A DNA stretch of 64,000 nt from the NCBI RefSeq assembly GCF_008933165.1, contig NZ_WBVQ01000002.1, positions 207,569 to 271,568 on the forward strand, written 5' to 3'. The translations under genes were made by a program, and so were the position numbers. This document shows, piece by piece, positions 9,142 through 17,386 of this stretch (position 1 is its first letter; each line of letters starts with the position of its first letter). The notes beneath the pieces were generated by a model. The model saw nothing but the letters and a program-made list of their open reading frames with translations. It made no database searches and was not told where the DNA came from. The DNA is from Phaeocystidibacter marisrubri. Lineage in GTDB: Bacteria; Bacteroidota; Bacteroidia; Flavobacteriales; Schleiferiaceae.

Positions 9142-10448
9142 GCTTTTGCGTAGGAGAGCAGGTTATCATAAACGTCGTTCCAGCCTTCCCACTCAGGAGA
9201 AGCCTCTGAGAAAATGCGATTGTGCCAAACAGAAATCAAATGCCCATCTACATCTTTCACCGCATCTACAATAGGCTTGAAGTGATCCATTGCTTCAGCT
9301 GCTGGAATGTTCTGATAGTAAATCAGCGTTCCGTCCATCATAGCAAAAGGATACATAGTGAGTTTCAATTCAACCTCCATTTCCAAATCATAGAAAGGAT
9401 ACGGCGTACAAATACCCGCTCTAAAGCCGAGCTCCCCAGCATATCCCATGGTGTAATCCTCTTCAATCCCAAAGTCTACCAAGTCTCTAAATGTTTGAGG
9501 CATGGTGAGTTTGAGGAAGTGTTGCCTACTTCGCTTAACCGGCATCCGAAGCGCTTCTTCCAATCCCCTAATCTCTTTCTGCAACACTCTATGCGATTTG
9601 TGAGAACCGTAGCTAGGGTGAATTCCTACGGGATAAAAATCGTTGATGGATCGAACGACTTCATGTAACCTCCTGCTATACATCGGAATGTTTCTATCGT
9701 ACTCCCCAAATTCACTGAAGAGCATGAAATACAATGCAGGAACACGGTGCTTTTCTACCAACTGACGTTGCAATTCGAAGGTGTCGTAGGGGTCTTTCAT
9801 CAATCCTAGGATGGATCTGGCTCGCTTCAGAGCATTCGAAAAATCGAAGGAAGCAAAGTCTTTCGCAAATCCTCCAATGGTTCTAAAACCACCTTTCCCT
9901 TTGTAGGCGTAGAGGTTATCTACATCAATAGACGAAGTATACGTGTATTTTGTTCCCGAGAATTGCCATCCTGAATGCGATGCCTGTAGGACATCTTTCA
10001 ACCACAAAGCCCAGTGATTCACCACCGGTTTTTGTAGAAACCCATGCTGATATGCCAAGCTTTCCGTCGCTGGGTATCGATCGTGTTGATCACTGATGTG
10101 CGGCAGATATTCTTCATATCTACTCACCAAGTAAAACGATGCAGCAAAAACGTCGAAGGGCAATGCACTCTGAGACGAAGTCTGGAAAAAATAGGGAAGC
10201 CCGTCCTCTCTCTTCGACACATTGATGTCTTGTTCACTGATATCCTTCTCTTGCAGCAATTCCACATTAAAGATGGAAGGTACATCCTCTAACTTGGCCC
10301 GACCGTAAATGAGTCGAGGGCCTTCATAGGCCTCGAAATCTGACCAGTTATCTGTAATGGTAACTCCTTGAGCTTTTAGCACATCTCGAAGCAAAAGCAA
10401 AATGGCATAACGAACTCTAGGAGTGATTACTTCTGCATATACCCTCAT
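9138..10448 (-). CDS. Polysaccharide-deacetylase-like protein with an N-terminal Bacteroidetes-specific domain
   Basis: The C-terminal half (…FYPVGIHPSYGSHKSHRVLQKEIRGLEEAL…RQHFLKLTMPQTFRDL…) resembles the NodB/CE4-like deacetylase fold. It is conserved next to the GNAT-like gene. Confidence 0.45.
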   Translation of the reverse strand: MRVYAEVITPRVRYAILLLLRDVLKAQGVTITDNWSDFEAYEGPRLIYGRAKLEDVPSIFNVELLQEKDISEQDINVSKREDGLPYFFQTSSQSALPFDVFAASFYLVSRYEEYLPHISDQHDRYPATESLAYQHGFLQKPVVNHWALWLKDVLQASHSGWQFSGTKYTYTSSIDVDNLYAYKGKGGFRTIGGFAKDFASFDFSNALKRARSILGLMKDPYDTFELQRQLVEKHRVPALYFMLFSEFGEYDRNIPMYSRRLHEVVRSINDFYPVGIHPSYGSHKSHRVLQKEIRGLEEALRMPVKRSRQHFLKLTMPQTFRDLVDFGIEEDYTMGYAGELGFRAGICTPYPFYDLEMEVELKLTMYPFAMMDGTLIYYQNIPAAEAMDHFKPIVDAVKDVDGHLISVWHNRIFSEASPEWEGWNDVYDNLLSYAKA

Positions 10449-10466
10449 AATACGAAGATGAGAAAT

Positions 10467-10862
10467 TCACTCTGCTCTACGGCGAAGACCTTCATAAAAA
10501 AGGCGAGTTAATTCATAATCCGGTTGTCTGCTCTTTGCAGAAAACGCAGGAAAGTCGGAATAAAAAGAACCGCGAATGGACAGTGGAACAAATAGATGTC
10601 GTTGATGAATGGCGATCCAAAATTTCCATTCACGATCGGAGGTTGGTGGATTAGATTTCCATCGCTTACACAGGGGTGTTTCGCGATATTCGGAAGGCGC
10701 TTCTGTGCGTGACAACCAAGCTTCCGACTCTTTTAAGGCACGCTTCTCGGCTACGGCATCAATGCGTTCCACATAGGCCTTCAGAAACATCCACTTGTTG
10801 AACTCAGCCATGGCCAAGGACCAACTTCCATTTGCACGTGTATGTAGTAAATCCGTACTCAT
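10467..10862 (-). CDS. Hypothetical protein of 131 aa
   Basis: An ORF that abuts the wecB stop codon, on the same strand and in an operon position. Confidence 0.4.
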   Translation of the reverse strand: MSTDLLHTRANGSWSLAMAEFNKWMFLKAYVERIDAVAEKRALKESEAWLSRTEAPSEYRETPLCKRWKSNPPTSDREWKFWIAIHQRHLFVPLSIRGSFYSDFPAFSAKSRQPDYELTRLFYEGLRRRAE

Positions 10863-11975
10863 TCAGAAGCCTTTCAAAATGGCGTTTAACATGCGCGCTG
10901 CACTTCTCCCATCTCCATACAGTTCTGGGAATTTCGTAGGGGGATTGCTTAAAAACTCGCGGGCAACCTCATTTAGTTTTTGTCCATTTGCATCGGTGAG
11001 TATGGCCGAACCTGTAGCTACAATTTCCTCCCACTCCGATTCAGCTCTTGGAATGACCACGCCCTTTTTGAAGTAGTAGGCCTCTTTCTGCAAGCCCCCA
11101 GAATCAGTGATTACCACACCTGCATGCTTCAACATGCCAACAATACCCCTGTAACTGAGAGGTGCAAGGAACAAACACGACTCCTCTTGAAGGAGCTCCA
11201 TGATATCACTTGGAATTTTTGAAGCAGTTCGTGGATGGACAGGAAATACAACGGGATAGTCTTCTGCCAATTGAGCCACACCTGTAAGAATAGATCTCAA
11301 CCTCGAAATGTCATCCGTATTGAAATTCCGATGCAAGGTGAGAAGGGCATAGGGTTTATTGGAAGGGAGTGTTTTCAATTCTGCCGGTCGATCGTTCACT
11401 TGCTCCCCCATTTCCATCGCAACATCGAGCATGATATCTCCTGTGTTGAGTACACATGGATGGGAAGGAGAATACTGAGCAGGAAGTTTTCCTATCCCCT
11501 CCTTCATCAGGTTGGCAATGGAATCATCCGAAGGACAAAACAACCAAGACGAAAGGGCGTCTGTCAGTTTTCGATTGATTTCTTCGGGCATGGAATAGTT
11601 ATACGAACGCAACCCCGCTTCTACGTGAGCAATTCGCACTCCCAACTTAGACGCAACCAAGGCACCAGCCAAAGTAGTGTTAGTGTCTCCATACACCACG
11701 AGAACATCCGGTTTCTCGGTTTCAAAAACACGTTCCAAAGCCGACATGATAGCTCCGGTCTGTGCACCATGAGAATCACTTCCTATGTTCAGGTTATACT
11801 TCGGCTCGGGAATACCCAGCTCTTTGAAAAAGACGTCCGACATTTTCACGTCGTAGTGTTGGCCACTGTGAACCAATATCTCATCAAACTCAGAACTGGC
11901 TCTAAACGCCTTAGAAAGAGCCGATGCCTTAATAAACTGTGGCCTTGCGCCAACTAAATTGATAACCTTTATCAC
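10863..11975 (-). CDS. wecB: UDP-N-acetylglucosamine 2-epimerase (non-hydrolysing)
   Basis: MIKVINLVGARPQFIKASAL…HSGQHYD…HVEAGLRS…TDSGGLQKEA is the canonical WecB/MnaA signature. Confidence 0.9.
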   Translation of the reverse strand: MIKVINLVGARPQFIKASALSKAFRASSEFDEILVHSGQHYDVKMSDVFFKELGIPEPKYNLNIGSDSHGAQTGAIMSALERVFETEKPDVLVVYGDTNTTLAGALVASKLGVRIAHVEAGLRSYNYSMPEEINRKLTDALSSWLFCPSDDSIANLMKEGIGKLPAQYSPSHPCVLNTGDIMLDVAMEMGEQVNDRPAELKTLPSNKPYALLTLHRNFNTDDISRLRSILTGVAQLAEDYPVVFPVHPRTASKIPSDIMELLQEESCLFLAPLSYRGIVGMLKHAGVVITDSGGLQKEAYYFKKGVVIPRAESEWEEIVATGSAILTDANGQKLNEVAREFLSNPPTKFPELYGDGRSAARMLNAILKGF

Positions 11976-11999
11976 ACTAGTCTTCTTGAACAGACAAAT

Positions 12000-12701
12000 C
12001 TACCGAATATGTATCCAGCCTTCATCTGCAAAGCTAACATAATCGTCAGGCGTAACGATCAAATGATCCATTACCGCAATGTCCATAAATCGTCCTGCCT
12101 CAACAGCCTTTTGTGTGAGTTTATGATCTGCACTACTCGGTTCCAAGTTTCCACTAGGATGATTGTGAGCGAGGATCACTCCTGTTGCGTGGACCATCAA
12201 CGCCCTCCTAAACAGGATGCGAAGATCCGTCACCGTCCCCGTCATTCCACCTTGAGATAATCGATCACGAGAGAGAACCTTGTTGGCATTGGAAAGATAG
12301 AGAACCCAGAACTCCTCATGCCTGAGGTCGGATAAAACTGGGTAAAACTGTTCATAAGCGTCTGACGAATTAGTAATGACCGGCCTTGTATTGGGAGGTT
12401 CTAGAGGATAGCGTCTACCCAACTCAAATGCAGCAATCACCCGTATAGCCTTGGCTTCACCAATTCCAGGAAATCTCAGATAATCATCCGAATTCCAACG
12501 AGACATAGACCGGAGCCCTCCAGCGCTATGTAGCATCTCTCTGGCAAGTGTTAAAGCCGACTTATCCTTCAGTCCCGAACCGAGCAATATGGCAATCAAT
12601 TCCGAATCAGACAACACCGATTTCCCCAATTGTAATAGACGTTCTCTAGGTCGATCTGTAGCTGTCAACTTTGAAATGGGAGTATTGTCTTTTGAGCTCA
12701 T
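12000..12701 (-). CDS. radC: RadC-family JAB-domain protein (UPF0758)
   Basis: The N-terminal HhH region (…SDSELIAILLGSG…) is followed by a JAMM motif (HNHPSG). Confidence 0.85.
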   Translation of the reverse strand: MSSKDNTPISKLTATDRPRERLLQLGKSVLSDSELIAILLGSGLKDKSALTLAREMLHSAGGLRSMSRWNSDDYLRFPGIGEAKAIRVIAAFELGRRYPLEPPNTRPVITNSSDAYEQFYPVLSDLRHEEFWVLYLSNANKVLSRDRLSQGGMTGTVTDLRILFRRALMVHATGVILAHNHPSGNLEPSSADHKLTQKAVEAGRFMDIAVMDHLIVTPDDYVSFADEGWIHIR

Positions 12702-12770
12702 GGTTTAGTGTTTCCACGAATATCAAAACTTCCAATTGCAATAAACGAGAACAAACGTTTACAATCGGAT

Positions 12771-12807
12771 AAAAACAAAAAAGCCGACTATCGAAAGACA
12801 GTCGGCT
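12771..12807 (-). terminator. Rho-independent terminator downstream of rpsT copy 1
   Basis: A hairpin AGCCGACT/AGTCGGCT at 12782-12807 sits next to the plus-strand A-run 12771-12781, which is a T-run on the minus strand. Confidence 0.6.
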
Positions 12808-12829
12808 TCTACAAAATGAGGTATGCAAC

Positions 12830-13081
12830 TTAGAGTGCGTTCACGTGCTTAGTAAGGCTAGACTTCAAATTCGAAGCCTTGTTGCTGTGAATGATATTGC
12901 GCTTAGCAAGCTTGTCGATCATAGAAATCACAGATGACAACTTTGCAGAAGCATCAGCTTTATCTGTATTGGCACGAAGACGGCGAATAGCGTTACGCGT
13001 TGTCTTGTGGTAATACGCATTATGCACACGACGCTTAGCCGTTTGACGCATACGCTTTAGTGCTGATTTGTGATTTGCCAT
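12830..13081 (-). CDS. rpsT: 30S ribosomal protein S20, copy 1
   Basis: MANHKSALKRMRQTAKRRVHNAYYHKTTRNAIRRLR… is the S20 signature, in an 83-aa protein. Confidence 0.9.
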   Translation of the reverse strand: MANHKSALKRMRQTAKRRVHNAYYHKTTRNAIRRLRANTDKADASAKLSSVISMIDKLAKRNIIHSNKASNLKSSLTKHVNAL

Positions 13082-13114
13082 AATTGAACTCCTTCAATAA
13101 CTCTAAAAACCTTG

Positions 13115-13188
13115 TGACCCGTACGGGATTCGAACCCGTGATCTTCGCCGTGAAAGGGCGATGTCCTGGACCGCTAGACGAACGGGCC
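13115..13188 (-). tRNA. tRNA-Glu (anticodon UUC), copy 1
   Basis: The minus-strand read GGCCCGT TC GTCT…GGAC A TCGCC CTTTCAC GGCGA AGATC ACGGG TTCGAAT CCCGT ACGGGTC A folds as a cloverleaf. The anticodon loop is CUUUCAC, so the anticodon is UUC. CCA is not encoded. Confidence 0.8.
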
Positions 13189-13189
13189 A

Positions 13190-13221
13190 TAAAAAAAAGC
13201 CGACCATCGAAATAGTCGGCT
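13190..13221 (-). terminator. Rho-independent terminator between the two tRNA-Glu/rpsT units
   Basis: A hairpin GCCGAC/GTCGGC at 13199-13220 is preceded by the plus-strand A8 run, which is a T-run on the minus strand. It is a homologue of the terminator at 12771-12807. Confidence 0.55.
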
Positions 13222-13248
13222 CTATTTTATGAGGACTTGAGACTGTTC

Positions 13249-13500
13249 TTACAAGCTGTTTACGTGCTTGGTAAGGCTAGACTTCAAGTTACCAGCTTTA
13301 TTGCTGTGAATGATGTTACGCTTTGCCAACTTGTCGATCATTGAGATCACAGAAGGCAACTTCGCAGAAGCATCAGCCTTATCCGTGTTTGCACGGAGGC
13401 GACGGATCGCGTTACGCGTAGTCTTGTGGTAATAAGCATTATGCACACGACGCTTAGCCGTTTGACGCATACGCTTTAATGCTGATTTATGATTTGCCAT
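13249..13500 (-). CDS. rpsT: 30S ribosomal protein S20, copy 2 (paralogue)
   Basis: The 83-aa protein differs from copy 1 at 3 residues (LSS/LPS, ASN/AGN, NAL/NSL). The start is the internal ATG at 13498-13500. The nucleotide sequences have diverged at many synonymous sites. Confidence 0.85.
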   Translation of the reverse strand: MANHKSALKRMRQTAKRRVHNAYYHKTTRNAIRRLRANTDKADASAKLPSVISMIDKLAKRNIIHSNKAGNLKSSLTKHVNSL

Positions 13501-13532
13501 AATAATTCTCTTCAGTTTAATTAAAAACTTCG

Positions 13533-13606
13533 TGACCCGTACGGGATTCGAACCCGTGATCTTCGCCGTGAAAGGGCGATGTCCTGGACCGCTAGACGAA
13601 CGGGCC
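13533..13606 (-). tRNA. tRNA-Glu (anticodon UUC), copy 2
   Basis: The sequence is identical to the tRNA at 13115-13188. Confidence 0.8.
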
Positions 13607-13665
13607 AATATGTAAAGAACACTACTGTTTATCTCAAAACAGTTCCTTTGTGTCGTTAGCGGGTG

Positions 13666-13673
13666 CAAATGTA
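13666..13673 (-). promoter_or_regulatory. Putative Bacteroidetes sigma-A -7 element (TACATTTG) upstream of the tRNA-Glu/rpsT unit
   Basis: The minus strand reads TACATTTG, matching the TAnnTTTG consensus, about 60 nt upstream of tRNA-Glu copy 2. Confidence 0.35.
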
Positions 13674-13703
13674 AGACGCTTTTTTAATCCTGCAATAGCT
13701 ACG

Positions 13704-14411
13704 CTAAGATTTTTTCGAAGCATTTGTCTCAATATTTGATTTAAACCTGAAACCCAACTTTTTAGATGTTGAACTTTTCAAGTCGCTACTCATCGCTTGA
13801 ATTTGATGCACCGTCACTTCTCGGTTTAAGTTGAAGTCAGGCGTGGTCAAATCGAAGTCTAAGGCATAGATGAGCGACATCTCCACAATCTTCTTCAACT
13901 TGTCTTCATCAAGCACGTCGCCTGCCACATTGTTGAACTGATAGCCAAATTGTCGCTTGCCTTCAACAAAGAAGTGTTTGTCTTTATTCACAAACACCCT
14001 TCCTATAAGATGACCAACATCTCCTAATCGATTGTACTTTAAGCTATCTGAAAGGAAGTTGAACATGTTGATCATACCAAAATAGGCCCGCATGCTATCT
14101 TCTCTCACATAGCTATTCTTCCAAATACCATGTGTTTTGTCAAAGGTAAACACGTTGGTGTGCATTTGAAAAATGATGACATCCCCGCTAAAGCGAATCT
14201 CAGCTTCATACTCTCCCCTATCTACATAATCCACCACCACACTAGAATCGACATTGCAAATCTGATTGTTCAATTGATCTGCAATTTCCTGCAAGCACTT
14301 CTTTAGGAGCGCAAACATTTCTTTAGTCTGACGGAAGACCAACTGCTTTGTACTCGATTTGGTACTCAGCAGTTCGATGATCTTCGGATTACATTGAGGA
14401 GTTTCTTCCAT
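13704..14411 (-). CDS. Hypothetical protein in an operon position downstream of proS
   Basis: An ORF of 235 aa that starts 3 nt after the proS stop codon. I recognise no domain. Confidence 0.45.
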   Translation of the reverse strand: MEETPQCNPKIIELLSTKSSTKQLVFRQTKEMFALLKKCLQEIADQLNNQICNVDSSVVVDYVDRGEYEAEIRFSGDVIIFQMHTNVFTFDKTHGIWKNSYVREDSMRAYFGMINMFNFLSDSLKYNRLGDVGHLIGRVFVNKDKHFFVEGKRQFGYQFNNVAGDVLDEDKLKKIVEMSLIYALDFDLTTPDFNLNREVTVHQIQAMSSDLKSSTSKKLGFRFKSNIETNASKKS

Positions 14412-14413
14412 AA

Positions 14414-15889
14414 TTAATAGGCCTTAGCGAATAGCACTCGTCTCTTTGAAGGTGCCCCACTAAAGATACACTTTCCTTCTTCCTCTACTGCATCCAATGG
14501 AATGCAGCGAATGGTTGCCTTACAGGCTTCTTTGATCTTCTCTTCGGTTTCAGGTGTACCGTCCCAGTGAGCGGAAACAAAACCACCGTCTCCTTCAATG
14601 ATTTTCAAGAAGTCTTCCCAAGTATCCACCGAGGTTGTGTGCTCTTCTCTAAAGCTAGCCGCCTTATTGTACAGCGACTCTTGAATTTCGGTCATCAAGC
14701 CGCGAACGGTAGGCACAACCTCATCCAGATTATAGGTTTGCTTTTCTAACGTATCTCTACGAGCTACTTCCACAGTGCCGTTTTCCAAATCTTTCGGACC
14801 GATGGCAATGCGAACAGGCACCCCTTTCATTTCATATTCTGCAAACTTCCACCCTGGCTTATGGGTGTCGCGATTGTCGAATTTCACCGAGATATCGTGA
14901 TCTTCCAACTCACTTTTAATCTTGTTGGCGACTTCGCTGATCTCAGCGAGCTGTTCTTCTCCCTTGTAAATCGGAACAATCACAACTTGAATAGGTGCCA
15001 ATTTTGGAGGGAGAACCAATCCCTGATCATCTGAATGGGTCATAATTAAGGCGCCCATCAAACGGGTAGAAACACCCCAGCTCGTTGCCCAAACATGCTC
15101 AACCGAACCTGTCTTGGTTTGGAATTTTACATCAAATGCCTTCGCAAAGTTTTGTCCTAAGAAGTGACTTGTCCCCGCCTGAAGCGCTTTACCATCTTGC
15201 ATCAACGCTTCAATACAATAGGTTTCAAGGGCACCCGCAAAACGTTCATTGGCCGACTTAATCCCTCGTACCACTGGCATTGCCATGAACTTCTCAGCAA
15301 AATCACCATATACGTGGAGCATTTGCTCGGCTTCGGCTATGGCTTCGGCTTCTGTAGCGTGGGCGGTATGACCTTCTTGCCAAAGAAACTCTGCTGTTCT
15401 CAAGAAAAGACGAGTTCTCATCTCCCATCGAACCACATTGGCCCATTGGTTCACCAAAATCGGCAAATCGCGATAGCTCTGAATCCAGTTCTTATAGGTG
15501 TCCCAGATGATGGTTTCAGAAGTAGGACGAACAATAAGCTCTTCCTCTAGCTTCGCATCCTCATCTACAACAATACCCTTCCCGTTTTCATCGTTCTTCA
15601 AACGATAATGGGTAACGACTGCACACTCTTTGGCAAAGCCATCCACATGTGCTGCCTCTTTACTAAAGTAAGACTTGGGGATAAACAGAGGGAAGTAGGC
15701 GTTCTGATGTCCGGTTTGTTTGAACTTCTTGTCGAGTTCAGCCTGCATCTTTTCCCAGATAGCGTAACCATAAGGCTTAATCACCATACATCCACGAACA
15801 GCTGAATTTTCAGCTAAATCCGCTTTACTCACGAGTTCATTATACCACTTGGAATAATCCTCTGCTCTCGAAGTTAATCCCTTCGCCAT
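14414..15889 (-). CDS. proS: Proline--tRNA ligase (archaeal/eukaryotic-type class II)
   Basis: [20 protein letters not shown]…, class II synthetase motifs and a C-terminal ProRS-C-like region. The start is the internal ATG at 15887-15889. Confidence 0.9.
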   Translation of the reverse strand: MAKGLTSRAEDYSKWYNELVSKADLAENSAVRGCMVIKPYGYAIWEKMQAELDKKFKQTGHQNAYFPLFIPKSYFSKEAAHVDGFAKECAVVTHYRLKNDENGKGIVVDEDAKLEEELIVRPTSETIIWDTYKNWIQSYRDLPILVNQWANVVRWEMRTRLFLRTAEFLWQEGHTAHATEAEAIAEAEQMLHVYGDFAEKFMAMPVVRGIKSANERFAGALETYCIEALMQDGKALQAGTSHFLGQNFAKAFDVKFQTKTGSVEHVWATSWGVSTRLMGALIMTHSDDQGLVLPPKLAPIQVVIVPIYKGEEQLAEISEVANKIKSELEDHDISVKFDNRDTHKPGWKFAEYEMKGVPVRIAIGPKDLENGTVEVARRDTLEKQTYNLDEVVPTVRGLMTEIQESLYNKAASFREEHTTSVDTWEDFLKIIEGDGGFVSAHWDGTPETEEKIKEACKATIRCIPLDAVEEEGKCIFSGAPSKRRVLFAKAY

Positions 15890-15937
15890 TATAAAGTTCT
15901 TTGGTATGAAATTTGTAACTTTCCAAAGTGCGAAGTT

Positions 15938-17353
15938 ATGAAAGAAAAAGCGACGATGACGATGAGAAATACAACAGCACACACGAAGATTTTAGCTCTT
16001 ACCCTTCCCCTTGCGGTTGCTATGGTAAGTTGTACGAGCTCGAACTCTATCGTCTCTAATTATTACGACGATGGAATTTATTACGATTCTGAATACGGCG
16101 GAAGCTTGCTAGCCGACGACCTAGGCTTAATCGACGAATCGTCCTCATCCTATACTTCACCTTCTTCTCAAGGATCATCAAGTGGTTCAACTAATGGTTA
16201 CGATTACTATGACCCCACCTATTTAGAAGAAGAGCACGCTCAAAATTCTCAGGCCACAACCAACGTCTTTATCAGCAGCGGCTATTCCCCATGGATGCAA
16301 CCCGGATTCAGCTTTGGCATTGGATTTAACTATGGTTTTGCATCCTACAATTCTTGGTACAACCCATACATGTATTACTATGATCCCTTCTATTATGGAT
16401 GGGGCATGGGCTGGGGTTGGGGATATCCATCTCCATATTTCCGACCAGGATGGGGTTACTATCCCGGTTACGGTTACCCAGGATGGGGATACCCAGGCTA
16501 CGGCGGTGGCGGTTGGTACGAACCCGGCTATCGTCCAGGAGGGCGACCAAGCACGCACGATAGAACTTACGCCGGAGCTCGACCAAACCGATACATTGGA
16601 ACCTCCCGACCAAGAGGAGGCGGCATTGGCGGTAGCGGTAAGACAGACCCTACCTCTCGACCAAGTCGAGGTGGCAACACGGTAGCCGCTCGTCCAACCA
16701 TGAACTCAAATGGTTCAGCGCGACCTAGTCGAGAGGGCAATACGGTGGCGGCTCGCCCCACTGTGAGCACCAACGGTTCAACAAGACCGAGCAGACTGCG
16801 CACTGAAGCGACGCCTACTCGAACTCCTACACGCAGCATCTCGGGACGCGAAAGACCTTCAACCTTGGCAGAAGTTCCCGCATCTACAATCAATAGAAAT
16901 AGTGCTGCGAACAGAAATACAATTCGCCCTTCTTCTAGCCGTCCAGTAGTTGCTGGCCGACCATCTACTTCTCGACCAACAATGGAACGACCAAGCAATA
17001 GTCGACCGTCTACTTCAGAAGGCAGAAGACCTTCCTCGGTTCCAGCCACTCGACCAAGTCAGAATAGAAACACAGCTACACCAAGTAGGTCCAACAACTA
17101 TTCTCCATCTAGAAGCACTACTCCTAGCACAAGCAGACCTTCTTCTACTCCTTCTAGATCGAATAATTACGAACCTAGTTATTCTCCTAGTCGTTCTTCC
17201 ACTCCTAGTAGAAGCACCTCCCCAAGTCGGAGCACTTCTCCTAGTAGAAGCACGTCGCCGAGTAGATCTACTGCGCCGAGCAGAAGCTCAGCACCAAGCA
17301 GTCCGTCAAGATCATCCAGTCCTTCTAGAAGTTCTAGATCAGGGCGTAGATAA
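15938..17353 (+). CDS. Intrinsically disordered lipoprotein with a Tyr/Gly/Trp-rich region and an Arg/Ser/Pro/Thr-rich repeat tail
   Basis: A lipoprotein signal (…[13 protein letters not shown]) leads into an aromatic low-complexity block ([53 protein letters not shown]) and then an ~270-aa R/S/P/T-rich tail that ends in [23 protein letters not shown]… repeats. The composition is extreme. Confidence 0.55.
   Translation: MKEKATMTMRNTTAHTKILALTLPLAVAMVSCTSSNSIVSNYYDDGIYYDSEYGGSLLADDLGLIDESSSSYTSPSSQGSSSGSTNGYDYYDPTYLEEEHAQNSQATTNVFISSGYSPWMQPGFSFGIGFNYGFASYNSWYNPYMYYYDPFYYGWGMGWGWGYPSPYFRPGWGYYPGYGYPGWGYPGYGGGGWYEPGYRPGGRPSTHDRTYAGARPNRYIGTSRPRGGGIGGSGKTDPTSRPSRGGNTVAARPTMNSNGSARPSREGNTVAARPTVSTNGSTRPSRLRTEATPTRTPTRSISGRERPSTLAEVPASTINRNSAANRNTIRPSSSRPVVAGRPSTSRPTMERPSNSRPSTSEGRRPSSVPATRPSQNRNTATPSRSNNYSPSRSTTPSTSRPSSTPSRSNNYEPSYSPSRSSTPSRSTSPSRSTSPSRSTSPSRSTAPSRSSAPSSPSRSSSPSRSSRSGRR
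16664..16789 (+). repeat. Imperfect 63-bp tandem duplication inside the disordered lipoprotein gene
   Basis: It encodes [21 protein letters not shown] followed by [21 protein letters not shown]. Confidence 0.6.
17185..17340 (+). repeat. In-frame 18-nt tandem repeats that encode the (P)SRS(T/S)S tail
   Basis: agtagaagcac…/agtcggagcac… units with 18-nt periodicity; they encode [27 protein letters not shown]…. Confidence 0.6.
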
Positions 17354-17386
17354 TCACATAGGGTAAAATCACAGCAAAACACAATC

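Noticed and set aside
11235-11957. A 240-aa ORF antisense to wecB
   Set aside because: It lies entirely inside the well-supported wecB gene on the opposite strand, and I see no known domain. It is probably a typical antisense artefact.
17185-17340. Short direct repeats, considered as a possible CRISPR array
   Set aside because: The period is 18 nt and in-frame inside a CDS, with no unique spacers. They are coding hexapeptide repeats, not CRISPR.
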